Origin: a virus
Strand: one strand, 5' to 3'
Length of the DNA: 64,000 bases
Virus record (IMG/VR): IMGVR_UViG_3300037826_000058
Location: 32,001 to 96,000 of that record
Of the stretch, positions 17,650-28,406 are shown in pieces (positions within the stretch are counted from its first letter, which is position 1; every line of letters starts with the position of its first letter). The position numbers and the translations under genes are program-made. The notes below the pieces were generated by a model. That model made no database searches and was not told the DNA's origin. It worked only from the letters and a program-made list of their open reading frames with translations.

Positions 17650-20600
17650 TCAAGCAAGGTTTTGTATAGCTTTCAGGATAGCGTGTTGATTTTCAAGCCC
17701 AAACGGGGCTTGGTCACCCGCTTCTTGGTAACGATAGAACACTGCGTCCATGCCAAGTGACCTGATATACACACCAGCCTCTTCAACCCACTCTGTGTTG
17801 TCGTTTTCCCACCCCAATTCACCGTTTCCCTTGCGTTGGGGGTTTAGCTCTGTGACTATGACTGGCAAGCCATGCCATTTAGGGGGTATCCAAGAGACCT
17901 GATCTTCCAGCGTCTTTAGATGTAGATACCTGCCCAACAATGGCGCATGGCTGAATTGTTCCTCAGACCATACTTGCGCAGGGTCATTGCCCTGTGTTTT
18001 GGCGTGAAGTGCTATGAAGGTCATTTTAATTGCACCTTCATAGATTACCCTGGCCCAATCAGCGGGGTCTCCTGTAACCCCAAACTCCTGTGCTACCACA
18101 TTGTAGGAGTCTAGTGATGCTGGCGTTACGTTGGCATCTAACCCGTTGACGATATTGTTGTATACCGATAGATAGTGTTCTGGTGTGATGACCTCGGATG
18201 GGTTGGGGTAGCCTCCCGGCCACTCGGTCGGGTTGTTAATCTCGTTGCCGATAATCCATCCGGCAACTCCTCTAGAGTGCTTGATACTTTCTCGCACCAC
18301 GTCAATCCAACGAGACACCTTGTTTGACGGTGGGATAGTGCCTGTTCCAGCGTACCCCCAGTTAATGCGCACATAAGTTTCAATGCCGTGGTCTTTGAAT
18401 TCTCGACAATCAATTCCCACTGGTGTATCTGTAACTTGATGTAGAGCCAAACAAACCCCTTTCATATTATGACGTTGCATCCATGCGCCACCAGCTAGGT
18501 CGTGTAAACCAAACTTAGACTTCCCAACTGGTGGCGTTGGACTAGGGTTTGGTGTATGCCCTGCTATGTGAACAGCCCTGATTCCTCCAGCCTGATTCCA
18601 TCTCCACGTTTTATCCCTACCATCCCAAGTGTCTGTGATAATGAGATTCCCGTTGCGTATCTCTTTCAGATAAACATAGTGCTTGTAGTCTGAGCGTGGT
18701 AAGATGATTTCCCACCCGTTATCCATTAGAGATTGCAGTTCTGATGCGCTGTGTGCTCTGTTTATGTGCTTGACATCATCGAAATACGATGGGAACACAT
18801 CAACGATATTACCCCAAAGCATGAAATGGTCATTGTCAAACATCATTCGGCTATCTGTGAAGAGTTTATCCATGAGGTCGGGTGTAATATCTATACCGTA
18901 TCGCCGGCGGAAAATCATGGTCACACCAGTCATGAAGCACCCGTAGGCTCCTATAGTACCACCTCCTGGGTGCTCACCAAAGTCGTAGTCACGCCATGGC
19001 AACCAGTTTTGCCCCACTCGCCAATCTTCACCTTCTGGTAACGGGGGCAGTATCATCATTGCAGCTTCCCAGGGGGTTTCAGCATAGACGGGCACGAAAA
19101 TTGTACCTGGGTAGTGCTTGTCGTACCATGCCTGTGTTAGCCCTGTACCAATCTCATTTGGGTTAATAGCTAGAACCCTGCGGGTCTTTGGCCCCCATAG
19201 CCCAGCGTCATCGGCGCTCATTCCAACCGTGCGTTGTGTCTTGCTTGCGCCTATAGACACACCTTGATACCATTCCTTGTCGTGCAACAGAACATAGGTT
19301 CTATCATATGGCACTCTTGGTTCGTGTGGTTGTGGCGGTGGGAGTGTAGTTGTAGTGCTCGACGGTTTCTGAGCATAATCATCATAGTTGAATGGTGTGG
19401 TTGGAGAGGATTGAATGGTAGCAATCAAGTCGTCAGCAGCCTCGGTTCCAGCCACGTCGAAGTCTGCCCATGCCCCTCCATAATTGCCCCAACAGAACAG
19501 ACAGCACCCTACAACATACGGGTCTTTTGCCAACTCACTGGCGTACCAGCGAACTTGTTCTGCATAGTATGAAGCGGCGTCACCGGTATAGGGTATAGGC
19601 CCGTCATGATTATTTTTCCAGAAATCTCCTAACCCTTTCCACGTACCAAATGGCACATTGTCATATTTGTTAGCAAGTGGGTCAACCCCACACTCGGCTA
19701 TCACAATAGGAACAGTTAATCCTTCTGGCTGAAACCACTGTCGGTAAACCTTGCGATACCGAAAGGTCAACCACCCCTCGTCGTCTTCATTCCCCCCATC
19801 GGGTTGATAAGGCCCATAGCAACCCCATATCCAGGGGTGGGAATATTCGTGCAGACCTAGTATTGCTTTGTAATCCCAAGCAGCCCTGATTGCTGGCATG
19901 AAGTGTTCCCAGAGATGTAGTGGTGGTGTACCTGTAGAGAAGTTGCCAATGCAGCACCGCATACCCAAATCATCCATCAATTTCATACGCTCTATCTCGA
20001 ATTGAGCGTACCATGCCATAGCATCAGCGTCATCGTAGTCATCGCCCCACAAAACCGGCTCGTTGTGCGCTGTCATGTAAACGATTCCGGGGTTGTTCTC
20101 CCAGATATGTTTGTCACGCTCGACAATCTCTCTCGCTGATTCCTGTGGTGATTTTCCGGACTTATATTGTGCTTGTGCGGATGGATTGCCCTGCGCTGGG
20201 GCACCTATACAGAGGGTATTAGAATGGGCTTCATTTGATATACCCCAAGTCCCATTCAGGAGTAACGTGGCAGCCCCCGCTTTAGCCATTCTAAGCGTGT
20301 CTGGGTGCTCTTTAAGACAATACCCACCTATCTTAGTAGAACCCGTGATAGGGGGTAACGTTGTGGTTGTCGATGTGTCATCCTCTTTCTTTTTTAAGGT
20401 CAGGCCGTCTAGGAAAAACCCGTTATTGTCAAGCCCCCACTTTGCTTCCATTTCTATTGCAATAGTGACCTGGCTGGTAGTAGGAGTGAACTCAAACTTT
20501 AGGTGGTGTTTGTTTAGATAGAAGTTATCTACCTCACCTTCGCTATACCAATCAGTTGCATTCAAATCAGAAAGACTAGCGTTGCGAGGCCCATATAGTA

Positions 20601-20976
20601 ATCGAACACGCGCTGCGTAACTTCCTTTTTCTGGCTTTTTCTTTTCCCCAACCCACCTGAATGTATCCACGAACACAGGGATAACTGCGGTATACGTCTG
20701 GTGTGGCTCCAAGGATATAGATTGTTGCAGCCAGACGTGTATAGGTGCATGAGCTTTGAATACTTTGAAACAGTGTTCACCGTCAGTAAAATAGAGATGA
20801 TGCTCGCTGGGAGGAACATCTACCTTGCGTTTTATATTGGTTTCTGGTTGTTGTGTCCTTCCCCCTCCGAGGTTTTCCCCTTCAGTGAAGTTAAACCCCC
20901 AGTGAACGGGCACCTGCCCCGTTACTTCATCACGGTGCCCTTTCTCAAAGGAGCCGTTTAAGAATAAGTTGGTCAT
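17650..20976 (-). CDS. multidomain putative lysin: CBM-like + GH-like + C39-like peptidase + GH-like
   Basis: NLFLNGSFE CBM-like start; HNEP/GLHEY/IAECG and GNEIN/VTELN GH acid motifs; TIGAYGC...HYV...D C39-like triad; STTTTLPP linkers. Confidence 0.6.
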   Translation of the reverse strand: MTNLFLNGSFEKGHRDEVTGQVPVHWGFNFTEGENLGGGRTQQPETNIKRKVDVPPSEHHLYFTDGEHCFKVFKAHAPIHVWLQQSISLEPHQTYTAVIPVFVDTFRWVGEKKKPEKGSYAARVRLLYGPRNASLSDLNATDWYSEGEVDNFYLNKHHLKFEFTPTTSQVTIAIEMEAKWGLDNNGFFLDGLTLKKKEDDTSTTTTLPPITGSTKIGGYCLKEHPDTLRMAKAGAATLLLNGTWGISNEAHSNTLCIGAPAQGNPSAQAQYKSGKSPQESAREIVERDKHIWENNPGIVYMTAHNEPVLWGDDYDDADAMAWYAQFEIERMKLMDDLGMRCCIGNFSTGTPPLHLWEHFMPAIRAAWDYKAILGLHEYSHPWIWGCYGPYQPDGGNEDDEGWLTFRYRKVYRQWFQPEGLTVPIVIAECGVDPLANKYDNVPFGTWKGLGDFWKNNHDGPIPYTGDAASYYAEQVRWYASELAKDPYVVGCCLFCWGNYGGAWADFDVAGTEAADDLIATIQSSPTTPFNYDDYAQKPSSTTTTLPPPQPHEPRVPYDRTYVLLHDKEWYQGVSIGASKTQRTVGMSADDAGLWGPKTRRVLAINPNEIGTGLTQAWYDKHYPGTIFVPVYAETPWEAAMMILPPLPEGEDWRVGQNWLPWRDYDFGEHPGGGTIGAYGCFMTGVTMIFRRRYGIDITPDLMDKLFTDSRMMFDNDHFMLWGNIVDVFPSYFDDVKHINRAHSASELQSLMDNGWEIILPRSDYKHYVYLKEIRNGNLIITDTWDGRDKTWRWNQAGGIRAVHIAGHTPNPSPTPPVGKSKFGLHDLAGGAWMQRHNMKGVCLALHQVTDTPVGIDCREFKDHGIETYVRINWGYAGTGTIPPSNKVSRWIDVVRESIKHSRGVAGWIIGNEINNPTEWPGGYPNPSEVITPEHYLSVYNNIVNGLDANVTPASLDSYNVVAQEFGVTGDPADWARVIYEGAIKMTFIALHAKTQGNDPAQVWSEEQFSHAPLLGRYLHLKTLEDQVSWIPPKWHGLPVIVTELNPQRKGNGELGWENDNTEWVEEAGVYIRSLGMDAVFYRYQEAGDQAPFGLENQHAILKAIQNLA

Positions 20977-20986
20977 TTTTACCTCT

Positions 20987-21794
20987 TTAATCCATTAACA
21001 CTTGTCCTAGAAACTCCCCAAATGGTTGAACAGATTCACCGCAAGCATTAGTACCACCCTTTACCAGGATTTCTCCGGCTAGTGGTGTAGGATGGTTGTC
21101 TGACACGGTGTACGCGGAATAAACTGAATTCTCACTTCCGCATGTCATATACTCAAAGACATCGTAAACGTAAACATTATCAAATTGCGGTGCCCACGTA
21201 TTCACCATCCACTCTGAGAACTGGCGATCATAGGCTGTATCGTTCATGTGAGGTCACAGTGTCCAGAACACAAACTTAACATCAGACTGAGCAAGCACGG
21301 AGCCGAGGTTGTTGTAAGCACCCTGATACGATTGCAATTCATTAGCGCTAATCTGACTATTTACGAAACAGTGTTTGAGTACCACAGTGTCATAATCACC
21401 GAACTGGTCAGGGTTGCAAACTGTCCCTACTTCACTGTGGTCACTTCCATTGCTAGGTCTGGCTTCACTACAGGCTCCCCCCGCCAGAATGTTGTTATGG
21501 TCTGTTGGATAATTACCATCATATCCAGGCCACCAAACCTCACCTATCGTAACATCACCCCCGTAATTGTTGTATAACCAACGTGGCAGAGCTTCACACG
21601 AACCGTCTGAGCAATCGCTGTCTACATATTCGTCAAAGTCGTACAAATTCCAAATAGGGTCATGGTCATGTGCATATACTCTGTCACCGGTGCTATGGTG
21701 TGTGGATAAGATGCGCTCACTCACTTCCCCGCTTGGCGTTGGTGCAGGCGTATACGATTATCCCGGCTAGGATATATAATGTGTGCTTATGCAT
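20987..21794 (-). pseudogene. degraded SGNH-like lipoprotein gene
   Basis: Signal-like MHKHTLYILAGIIVYAC (ATG 21794) out of frame with ORF 21254..21724, whose TGA is in frame with ORF 20987..21247 (DNHP motif). Confidence 0.6.
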
Positions 21795-22158
21795 TTAGTT
21801 CTTCCTCCATATTCATATCTAGTTGCTGATAGATGTCTGCAATTTCTTCATAACGTCCAGCTGTCCATCCTTGGAACGACCTCACAGATTGTTGCATGAT
21901 TGCTTTGCATTCATTCGGTACTTCTACAGTAAAGACTCTTTGAGTGTCATCCCAAAACACTCTTCCCCTATCGTCAATCTGTAATCCTACTTCTTCTGTT
22001 TCTTGAGGTGTTAATTCTAGCGCTTTAAGTATCTTATTCCCCAAGTACATAACTTGTAAGTTTCCTTGCACTTGCCCTACAGCTATCGACAATGTTACTC
22101 GTTGCCAGGTGTTTAATTTGAGTTTCACTTTCAACCCTCCTAGTCTAATTGTACCCAC
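21787..22158 (-). CDS. putative tail-fibre assembly chaperone
   Basis: Small acidic protein directly after the fibre gene; likely start at GTG ~22128 after GGAGGG. Confidence 0.5.
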   Translation of the reverse strand: MGTIRLGGLKVKLKLNTWQRVTLSIAVGQVQGNLQVMYLGNKILKALELTPQETEEVGLQIDDRGRVFWDDTQRVFTVEVPNECKAIMQQSVRSFQGWTAGRYEEIADIYQQLDMNMEEELNA

Positions 22159-25100
22159 GATGAACCATTATACCATTCAATATGAGTACCATTTCTCCTT
22201 AATCTATATGTGCTACTGTTAAAATGAATTTCACCAGCATTAGGCTCGTCTGACGATGACCCTCCAACATTAAGACCTCCGCTAATAAAAGTGTTTCCCC
22301 CTGTAAGAAACATTGCTGTGCTTCCATCAAGCGAAAAACTTATAGAAGGCGCTGAACTTAAAGTAATTAAAGCCCCAGCAGTTGATGTATTCAAACTAGT
22401 TGCCTGTATTCTTATTGACGATGTGTTGTCACCTGTAAGATAAGCGTTTACAGAACGAATATACATTGTTTGGCTACCGGTGTGTCGGCACTGAATGTAT
22501 GCAGAGGCGTCTTCTGCGCTTCCCCATCTGATGCTATTATATGGATATAGGTGGTCGTTTGCTAGCTTGATACCATCTTCGTCTAAAGTAACAGCTCCTC
22601 CCCCACAATATGCTTCACCGTTACTTGCGTTGATGTAGAACTGTCTTACATTGTTACTGTCATATCCCGCTATTTGGGTATCTGTAATCTCTATTCTAGC
22701 ACCACTAGTTGAGCTTCGTAAATCAAAAGCGCCATCTGTAATTGTCAAATCAGCACTGGCTATGTACAGATTGCCTTCGGCGGTGACCCTGAATTTCTTA
22801 CTGGCCTGAGTCCCCAGCCAGAATAGGTCTTGTGCTCCTGTAGCCGTAGGAATAACGCTACCACGAACATTTCCGCTGTTGTCCCACCACTCTTGTTCTG
22901 CACCGTATATTGCCAACCTGTAGTTGCTCATCACAATATGGTTGGCTGTGCTGCTACTCAAATCACTGCTTACCGCTATGCCATACTCATCATCAGGCTG
23001 TGTCGGTGGCTCGGTGAATATCCCCAAACCGCTTAGAATACCCATTCTAACGTGCAACGTCGCGTCTGTCCAAGGCTCTCCAGAATGTGTGGCTATGTCG
23101 ATGTATGGAGAATCTGCTGCATCACTGGTCATTTTGATGTACCCGCTTCCAGATTGACCATAATTGACAACGGCAGTACCACTAGGGAATGTACCAGCAG
23201 TGCCATCCATGCGCTCTACAACATAAGAATGGTAATCGTCTCCCCCAGATTCTACGCTATGAATCTTCAGCCAATTATCAAGCACGTTGGTTCCATCGAA
23301 AGCCTTCATACGCAGTATGTCACTGACCGCAAAAAGCTGTGCGCCAGAAACGGAGTCTTTCACGTCCATACGGAATTGCCCAGAAGCAAGCGTTGTGGTG
23401 GTTGACGTGGTAGTTATGCTGGTCGTGGTCGTGGTGGTTGTGGTTGTTGTGGTAGTTGTGGTGCCTGTTGCCACTGGCCCAATGGCGTCACCGTCGTCGT
23501 TGGCCCTGATCTCGTCAACGGAGACAGTACCGTTGAAACGCCGGGCGTTTTCTGGTCCTACTACGAAGACATCGGTGCTCTCAAATAGGTTATAATTCTC
23601 CAGCCCAGTAAGGCTCTCCTGAAGCACGTCGTGAATGTAGAAATCCACCTGTCCGTCACTAGCACCGTCAGAACTTTCACGCTGAATATAAATCTCTACG
23701 AATTCTTCAACATCAGTGTCGGTCTGATACGATGATGATGATACTGATGAAAGCCCACCATCTTGGTAAGCTGTGACTCTGAGCTTGGTGATTCCAGTGC
23801 CTTCGTCTGACGAAGCAAAGATAAAAAATCTCAACAGCAGGTTGACGACCCCACCACTACCATCCCCCTCACCCACCCATATTGGGAAGGACTCGACCAA
23901 CTGATAATCGCGTATCGTGTCGTGCGGGTGGAAATAGAGCCTGAATCTGAGATCGGCAGAGGGGTTAATGTCCTTCCATACTCGGCAGTCTGTTCCACCA
24001 TCACCATCACCTAATATTTCCAGTCCATAATTAGTCCCTGCTAGGGCTGAAGAAGCATTTATGCTGATGTCACTACCGGCAGACCCATCCCACCAATCTG
24101 AAACGTTGCCATATTCGTGAGTGATGTTAAAGAGCTCGCCAGATGCAAGGGTTGTTGTTGTGCTGGTGGTTGATGTGCTGGTAGTTGTTGTCGTTGTAGT
24201 TGAGGTTGTGGTGGTTGACGTGGTGGTTGTGGTCGTAGTAGTTGTTGTTGTCGTTGTGGTCGTAGTAAGAGGCCCAATCTCTGTACCAGTAGTGTTTCCT
24301 ACGACCTCATCCATATAGAGTGTACCAGATGTTCCCGCGTCGATGCCCCAGATTGGGCCAACCCAGATACCATCAATAACACCAAAAGCATCATAGTTGT
24401 CGAGATTGGAAATCGTATCTTCAAGTGACCCGTCAACCCACATGCGCAACCTGCCATCGCCAGCAGTGCTATTTGATGCTCTTTCTAAGTGAATCTCTAC
24501 ATAGTGTGAAGCATCGGTAATCGTGACCCAGCTTCCGTAATGCTCGGTGTAATCATCTTCTTCAGCATAGGTTCTAATCTGGTAGTCAGAACCATTGTAA
24601 CCCAGTGTTATATCAGCAATCTCGTGTGGAGCTGAGCTACAATGCACCTGGAATGTCCAGAACCATTCATCGGTTCCGAAGGTCATCGAGTTGGGGTCAA
24701 TATAGAATCGGATACGCAGGTCGGTTGATGGAGCGGAAAAGTTCTTTATCCCATAGATATTATCTGTGTTGTCTATGAGTATGTTCAATCCATAATTTGT
24801 ACCCGCAAGCGCGGCGGCTGCTGCGACTGTTAGGTCACCCCCACCCGTTTCTGTAACGTCATAATCTGATAAATCACCCTCTTCGTGATCTATGCAGAAT
24901 ATCGTGCTTGTTGTCGTGGTGGTCGTAGATGTTGTTGTGGTTGTTGTAGTGGTGGTCAGGCTAGTGGTCGTTGTGGAGGTGGTTGTGCTAGTTGTGCTTG
25001 TTGTCGTGGTAGTTGTAGTCGTTGTCGTGGTCGTGGTGGTTGTCGTGGTCGTCGTGGTCGTGGTAGCCTCTCCAATGGAATCACCGCTACTGTTGGCATA

Positions 25101-27710
25101 TATTTCGTCAAAGTAGTAGCTTCCATATTCGTCCATCGCGCCAGAGCCAGGCTTGCCAAACTTGGCGCTTACCAGAGATGAGCTGCTGTTGCTCAGGCTT
25201 GTTAGGCTTAAATCAGGGCTACCGCTCACGTCATCAACCCAGAGCTTCATAAACCCATCGCCATCACCAGCGTACCAATCTATCTCAATCCAGTGGGGTT
25301 CATCTGTTATATTATGCCAGTATGCCCACCCTCCGGCGCTTTCGTAGATTGCCAAACGATGTGTTGAGGAAGCATAGTCTATTTGCATCCTGACAATGCC
25401 CGTTCCACCAGAGTTTTCCATTTGGAAAACAGTGTTCTCGTCAAAGTCAATGCTGTTGGGGTCTAGGTAGAAGCGTAATCTGACTCGTGTTTGACTGCTG
25501 AAATCCACCTGTCCAAACACAACACCCGACCCCGACGGTGCGACATCCATACCATAATCTGTGCTTGCCATGGCTGCCGTGGCATTTGCCGCAAGCGTAC
25601 CGTCTGTGGTGTCAGTGGAGTCAAATTCTGAGAGATCACCCTCCTCAAAATCAATATCGAAAAGGGATGCTAGGGTTGTTGTGGTCGTGGTGCTCGTGGT
25701 GGTGGTGCTTGTTGTTGTTGTCGTCGTTGTGGTAGTTGTCGTCGTTGTAGTTGTAGTGCTTGTGGTAGTCGTCGTCGTACTTGTTGTGGTCGTAGTGGTT
25801 GTTGTCGTGGTTGTGGTGGTTGTCGTGGTCGTCGTGGTCGTAGCGATACCTATCTCATCCCCGCTATCATTTGCCTCGAATTCGTCCATGTAGAACGTAC
25901 CAGATGTACCCGTGTCGATACCCCACGAAGGGCCAAAGTTCATCCAGGTAATACCCTCGAATCCAGCGTAGTTGTCTAGGCTGCTTATGCTATAATGGAA
26001 AATACCATCTACATATAGTCTTACTTCACCGTCTTCTGAGCTAGACGTACCAGCTCTTGAGACCCATACTTCTACATAGTGTGACGCATCACTGATGTTT
26101 CTCCAGCTACTGGTGTGATAAGTACCATCATCTTCTTTGGTTCTTGTTGCTATGCTATGTGAACCACTACCACTACTATCGTAGCTCATCAAAACCTCTA
26201 CGAAGTCGTGGTTGTTCGCGTTGGATGAACGAACGAGCACAATGGTAAAGTATTCTCCGTCAGCCATAGTCAAGCTGTTGGGGTCAACATAAATTCTGAA
26301 CCGCAAGTTTTGCGTGTCTACGGTGACATTTTTGCGACCATACATTGTTTCTTGGTCATCAATGACATATTGAACACCGTAATTTGTACCACCTAGCGCG
26401 GCCCCAGCAGCAACGGACATATCACCGCTCGCCGTATCGGCGCTGTCATATTCGCTTAGATCATTACCTTCGTGGGTAATGACAAAGAGTCGTCCTGTTG
26501 GAGCTAGGGTAGTTGTTGAAGTAGTGGTTGTACTGGTGGTTGTTGTCGTGGTGCTGGTGGTCGTTGTACTTGTCGTGCTGACTGTAGTAGTGCTGGTGGT
26601 GCTAACCGTAGTCGTGCTAGTGGTTGTTGTCGTGGTGGTTGTTGTTGTAGTTGTCGTTGTGCTAGTACCGCTTACATACTCATAGGCCCCAATATCATAA
26701 GCGTACCCTTGGGGGCGAGAATAGTCGTCGTAATCATCCGTTACTTCGGCTATGGTATCACCGCTGTCAATAGCAGGAGAACTAGACTGCAAATGATAAT
26801 CGCTACCCACACTTACAAACTGAGGATTGATGTATTGTGAGTGATCGCCATTGCTGGTGTTGGCAACATATTGAGATACGCTGTAGTAGCTGCCACCCCA
26901 GTAAATGGGGCTACTCACACCATAATAAATGTTGTAGTCGCTACTGACCTGACCCGTGCTGTGCGAGCCGACCTTCAATCCAATCTGTCCACCCGTTAGA
27001 TAAAAAATGTTGTTCTTGATGGTGGCATTGGTCACACCATCGATGCCTGACCCGGCTTCGTAGAAATCAATCGCCACATCGCAATCATAGAAAGTGTTAT
27101 TATAAATCTCGATGTCTTGGGCACCATCCGTCATGATCACGCCCCAATGTCCACCTTCGATGATGTTATTGTAAACCTTCAGCCCGTTGACATTGGTGTC
27201 GTGCCAACCGTGGATACTACCAGCGGTCGTGTTCCAAAAGTGGCAGCCCCGGATAGTCACATCGCCTACGTTGTTGCCCCCGGTGTAGATATGGTGGTCT
27301 TGATTGGTGTCGCTTCCGTTGTCGTGCATATCGAGGTCTTCGAGAATGATATGCCATGCACCGTTGTTGAGCAGGATTGCCCCGTTGCCCCACTGGTCAT
27401 CGTAGTTCCTAATTGTAAGACCAATGATGTGCAAATAATTCGACTGTAAGTATAGACACTCTCCTATGGAGTTTTGTCCATCGAAGATTGGTGTTTCACC
27501 GGGATAATTACGGAAGGTGATATAAGCACCACTTGTACCATCACCGCTTGACCAATCAGTTCCTCCTTGTCCATAGTACACACCCCCACGCGCATATAGA
27601 GTGTCACCTGGGCTAAGATATGTTGAGGCGTGCCCAAAGGTTCTCCATGGGTCATTGATTGTCCCGCTTCCACCGTCGTTCCCGCTAGGGGATATGTAAT
27701 AATTAGCCAT
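22140..27710 (-). CDS. 1856-aa tail-fibre-like protein: beta-helix + 4 lectin-like repeats joined by poly-Thr tracts + fibre C-terminus
   Basis: YYISPSGND...PWRT and PGDTLYARGG beta-helix start; DYHLQSSSPAIDSG...DIGAYE; four related ~200-aa repeats; C-terminal fibre motifs and WYNGSSWV end. Confidence 0.8.
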   Translation of the reverse strand: MANYYISPSGNDGGSGTINDPWRTFGHASTYLSPGDTLYARGGVYYGQGGTDWSSGDGTSGAYITFRNYPGETPIFDGQNSIGECLYLQSNYLHIIGLTIRNYDDQWGNGAILLNNGAWHIILEDLDMHDNGSDTNQDHHIYTGGNNVGDVTIRGCHFWNTTAGSIHGWHDTNVNGLKVYNNIIEGGHWGVIMTDGAQDIEIYNNTFYDCDVAIDFYEAGSGIDGVTNATIKNNIFYLTGGQIGLKVGSHSTGQVSSDYNIYYGVSSPIYWGGSYYSVSQYVANTSNGDHSQYINPQFVSVGSDYHLQSSSPAIDSGDTIAEVTDDYDDYSRPQGYAYDIGAYEYVSGTSTTTTTTTTTTTTTTSTTTVSTTSTTTVSTTSTTTTSTTTTTTSTTTTSTTTLAPTGRLFVITHEGNDLSEYDSADTASGDMSVAAGAALGGTNYGVQYVIDDQETMYGRKNVTVDTQNLRFRIYVDPNSLTMADGEYFTIVLVRSSNANNHDFVEVLMSYDSSGSGSHSIATRTKEDDGTYHTSSWRNISDASHYVEVWVSRAGTSSSEDGEVRLYVDGIFHYSISSLDNYAGFEGITWMNFGPSWGIDTGTSGTFYMDEFEANDSGDEIGIATTTTTTTTTTTTTTTTTTTTSTTTTTTSTTTTTTTTTTTTTTTTSTTTTSTTTTTTLASLFDIDFEEGDLSEFDSTDTTDGTLAANATAAMASTDYGMDVAPSGSGVVFGQVDFSSQTRVRLRFYLDPNSIDFDENTVFQMENSGGTGIVRMQIDYASSTHRLAIYESAGGWAYWHNITDEPHWIEIDWYAGDGDGFMKLWVDDVSGSPDLSLTSLSNSSSSLVSAKFGKPGSGAMDEYGSYYFDEIYANSSGDSIGEATTTTTTTTTTTTTTTTTTTTTTSTTSTTTSTTTTSLTTTTTTTTTSTTTTTTSTIFCIDHEEGDLSDYDVTETGGGDLTVAAAAALAGTNYGLNILIDNTDNIYGIKNFSAPSTDLRIRFYIDPNSMTFGTDEWFWTFQVHCSSAPHEIADITLGYNGSDYQIRTYAEEDDYTEHYGSWVTITDASHYVEIHLERASNSTAGDGRLRMWVDGSLEDTISNLDNYDAFGVIDGIWVGPIWGIDAGTSGTLYMDEVVGNTTGTEIGPLTTTTTTTTTTTTTTTTSTTTTSTTTTTTTSTSTTSTTTTLASGELFNITHEYGNVSDWWDGSAGSDISINASSALAGTNYGLEILGDGDGGTDCRVWKDINPSADLRFRLYFHPHDTIRDYQLVESFPIWVGEGDGSGGVVNLLLRFFIFASSDEGTGITKLRVTAYQDGGLSSVSSSSYQTDTDVEEFVEIYIQRESSDGASDGQVDFYIHDVLQESLTGLENYNLFESTDVFVVGPENARRFNGTVSVDEIRANDDGDAIGPVATGTTTTTTTTTTTTTTSITTTSTTTTLASGQFRMDVKDSVSGAQLFAVSDILRMKAFDGTNVLDNWLKIHSVESGGDDYHSYVVERMDGTAGTFPSGTAVVNYGQSGSGYIKMTSDAADSPYIDIATHSGEPWTDATLHVRMGILSGLGIFTEPPTQPDDEYGIAVSSDLSSSTANHIVMSNYRLAIYGAEQEWWDNSGNVRGSVIPTATGAQDLFWLGTQASKKFRVTAEGNLYIASADLTITDGAFDLRSSTSGARIEITDTQIAGYDSNNVRQFYINASNGEAYCGGGAVTLDEDGIKLANDHLYPYNSIRWGSAEDASAYIQCRHTGSQTMYIRSVNAYLTGDNTSSIRIQATSLNTSTAGALITLSSAPSISFSLDGSTAMFLTGGNTFISGGLNVGGSSSDEPNAGEIHFNSSTYRLRRNGTHIEWYNGSSWVQLD
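23391..26666 (-). repeat. five poly-Thr/Ser coding tracts (23391-23462, 24150-24266, 24903-25064, 25674-25841, 26508-26666)
   Basis: ACN runs of ~24-56 codons using all four Thr codons. Confidence 0.95.
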
Positions 27711-27722
27711 ACTTGCCTCTTT

Positions 27723-28406
27723 TTAGTTAGTAGGTCTTAATGTTTCCCAGTTTGTAGGGAGAATAGAAGGGCGCCCTTTATATATTCCCCCTGTGAGAAC
27801 GGAGTTTTCTCCGAAATGATAGCAATATACACCTTTGATGTATCCCACCTGGTATCCTAAACGCCTAGCCCAACTGCACATTGTCATTTGCGGAGCTGTT
27901 CCTAAATCATGGCGGTGAGGGGTGCTCATCTGCCTACTGCATTTGCGTCTGATGAAGCTAAAGGTTCCCCCCACCACCTGACACACAACAACATCACCAC
28001 GATCTTCCTTTGTCACACGCTTGGCCCCAGGGTGGTCGAGGGCCATAATGCCTAAATCTTTGTGTTTTCTAATGGTTTGAATACCCTGTGATAACCAGTC
28101 CGGTTCGACATTAGGGCATAACATGTCATCATCAACATGTACGTAAACTGGTGATGCCCCAATGCGTGACTCTTGCATCAGGTTGTTCATCTGCCCCTGT
28201 TGTTCCTGATGCAACGTGATTGTTTCGAGCACCCCCTGTTGAAACAGACTAATTACATATTCTGTTGTACCGTCGCTTGATGCGTCATCAATAATGTGTA
28301 GCTTGTACGGTGACTTTGTGCAACGCCTTATGCGATTGAGTGTTCGTTTGAGATAGTCTATACGATTGGTTGTAGTGACAATGATGTCAATTGGTTCTAC
28401 ACCCAT
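27723..28406 (-). CDS. glycosyltransferase family 2
   Basis: DIIVTTTNR, IIDDASSDGT, HVDDD (DxD). Confidence 0.88.
   Translation of the reverse strand: MGVEPIDIIVTTTNRIDYLKRTLNRIRRCTKSPYKLHIIDDASSDGTTEYVISLFQQGVLETITLHQEQQGQMNNLMQESRIGASPVYVHVDDDMLCPNVEPDWLSQGIQTIRKHKDLGIMALDHPGAKRVTKEDRGDVVVCQVVGGTFSFIRRKCSRQMSTPHRHDLGTAPQMTMCSWARRLGYQVGYIKGVYCYHFGENSVLTGGIYKGRPSILPTNWETLRPTN

Noticed and set aside
20987-21794. In-frame TGA (21254-21256) as selenocysteine or recoded stop
   Set aside because: The same gene has a separate frameshift after its signal peptide, no clear SECIS follows, and many other genes end in TGA; decay is simpler.
23287-26685. Poly-Val ORFs on + strand
   Set aside because: Antisense shadows of the poly-Thr tracts.
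22140-27710. Diversity-generating retroelement target
   Set aside because: No reverse transcriptase and no TR/VR pair with adenine-specific differences seen in this window.
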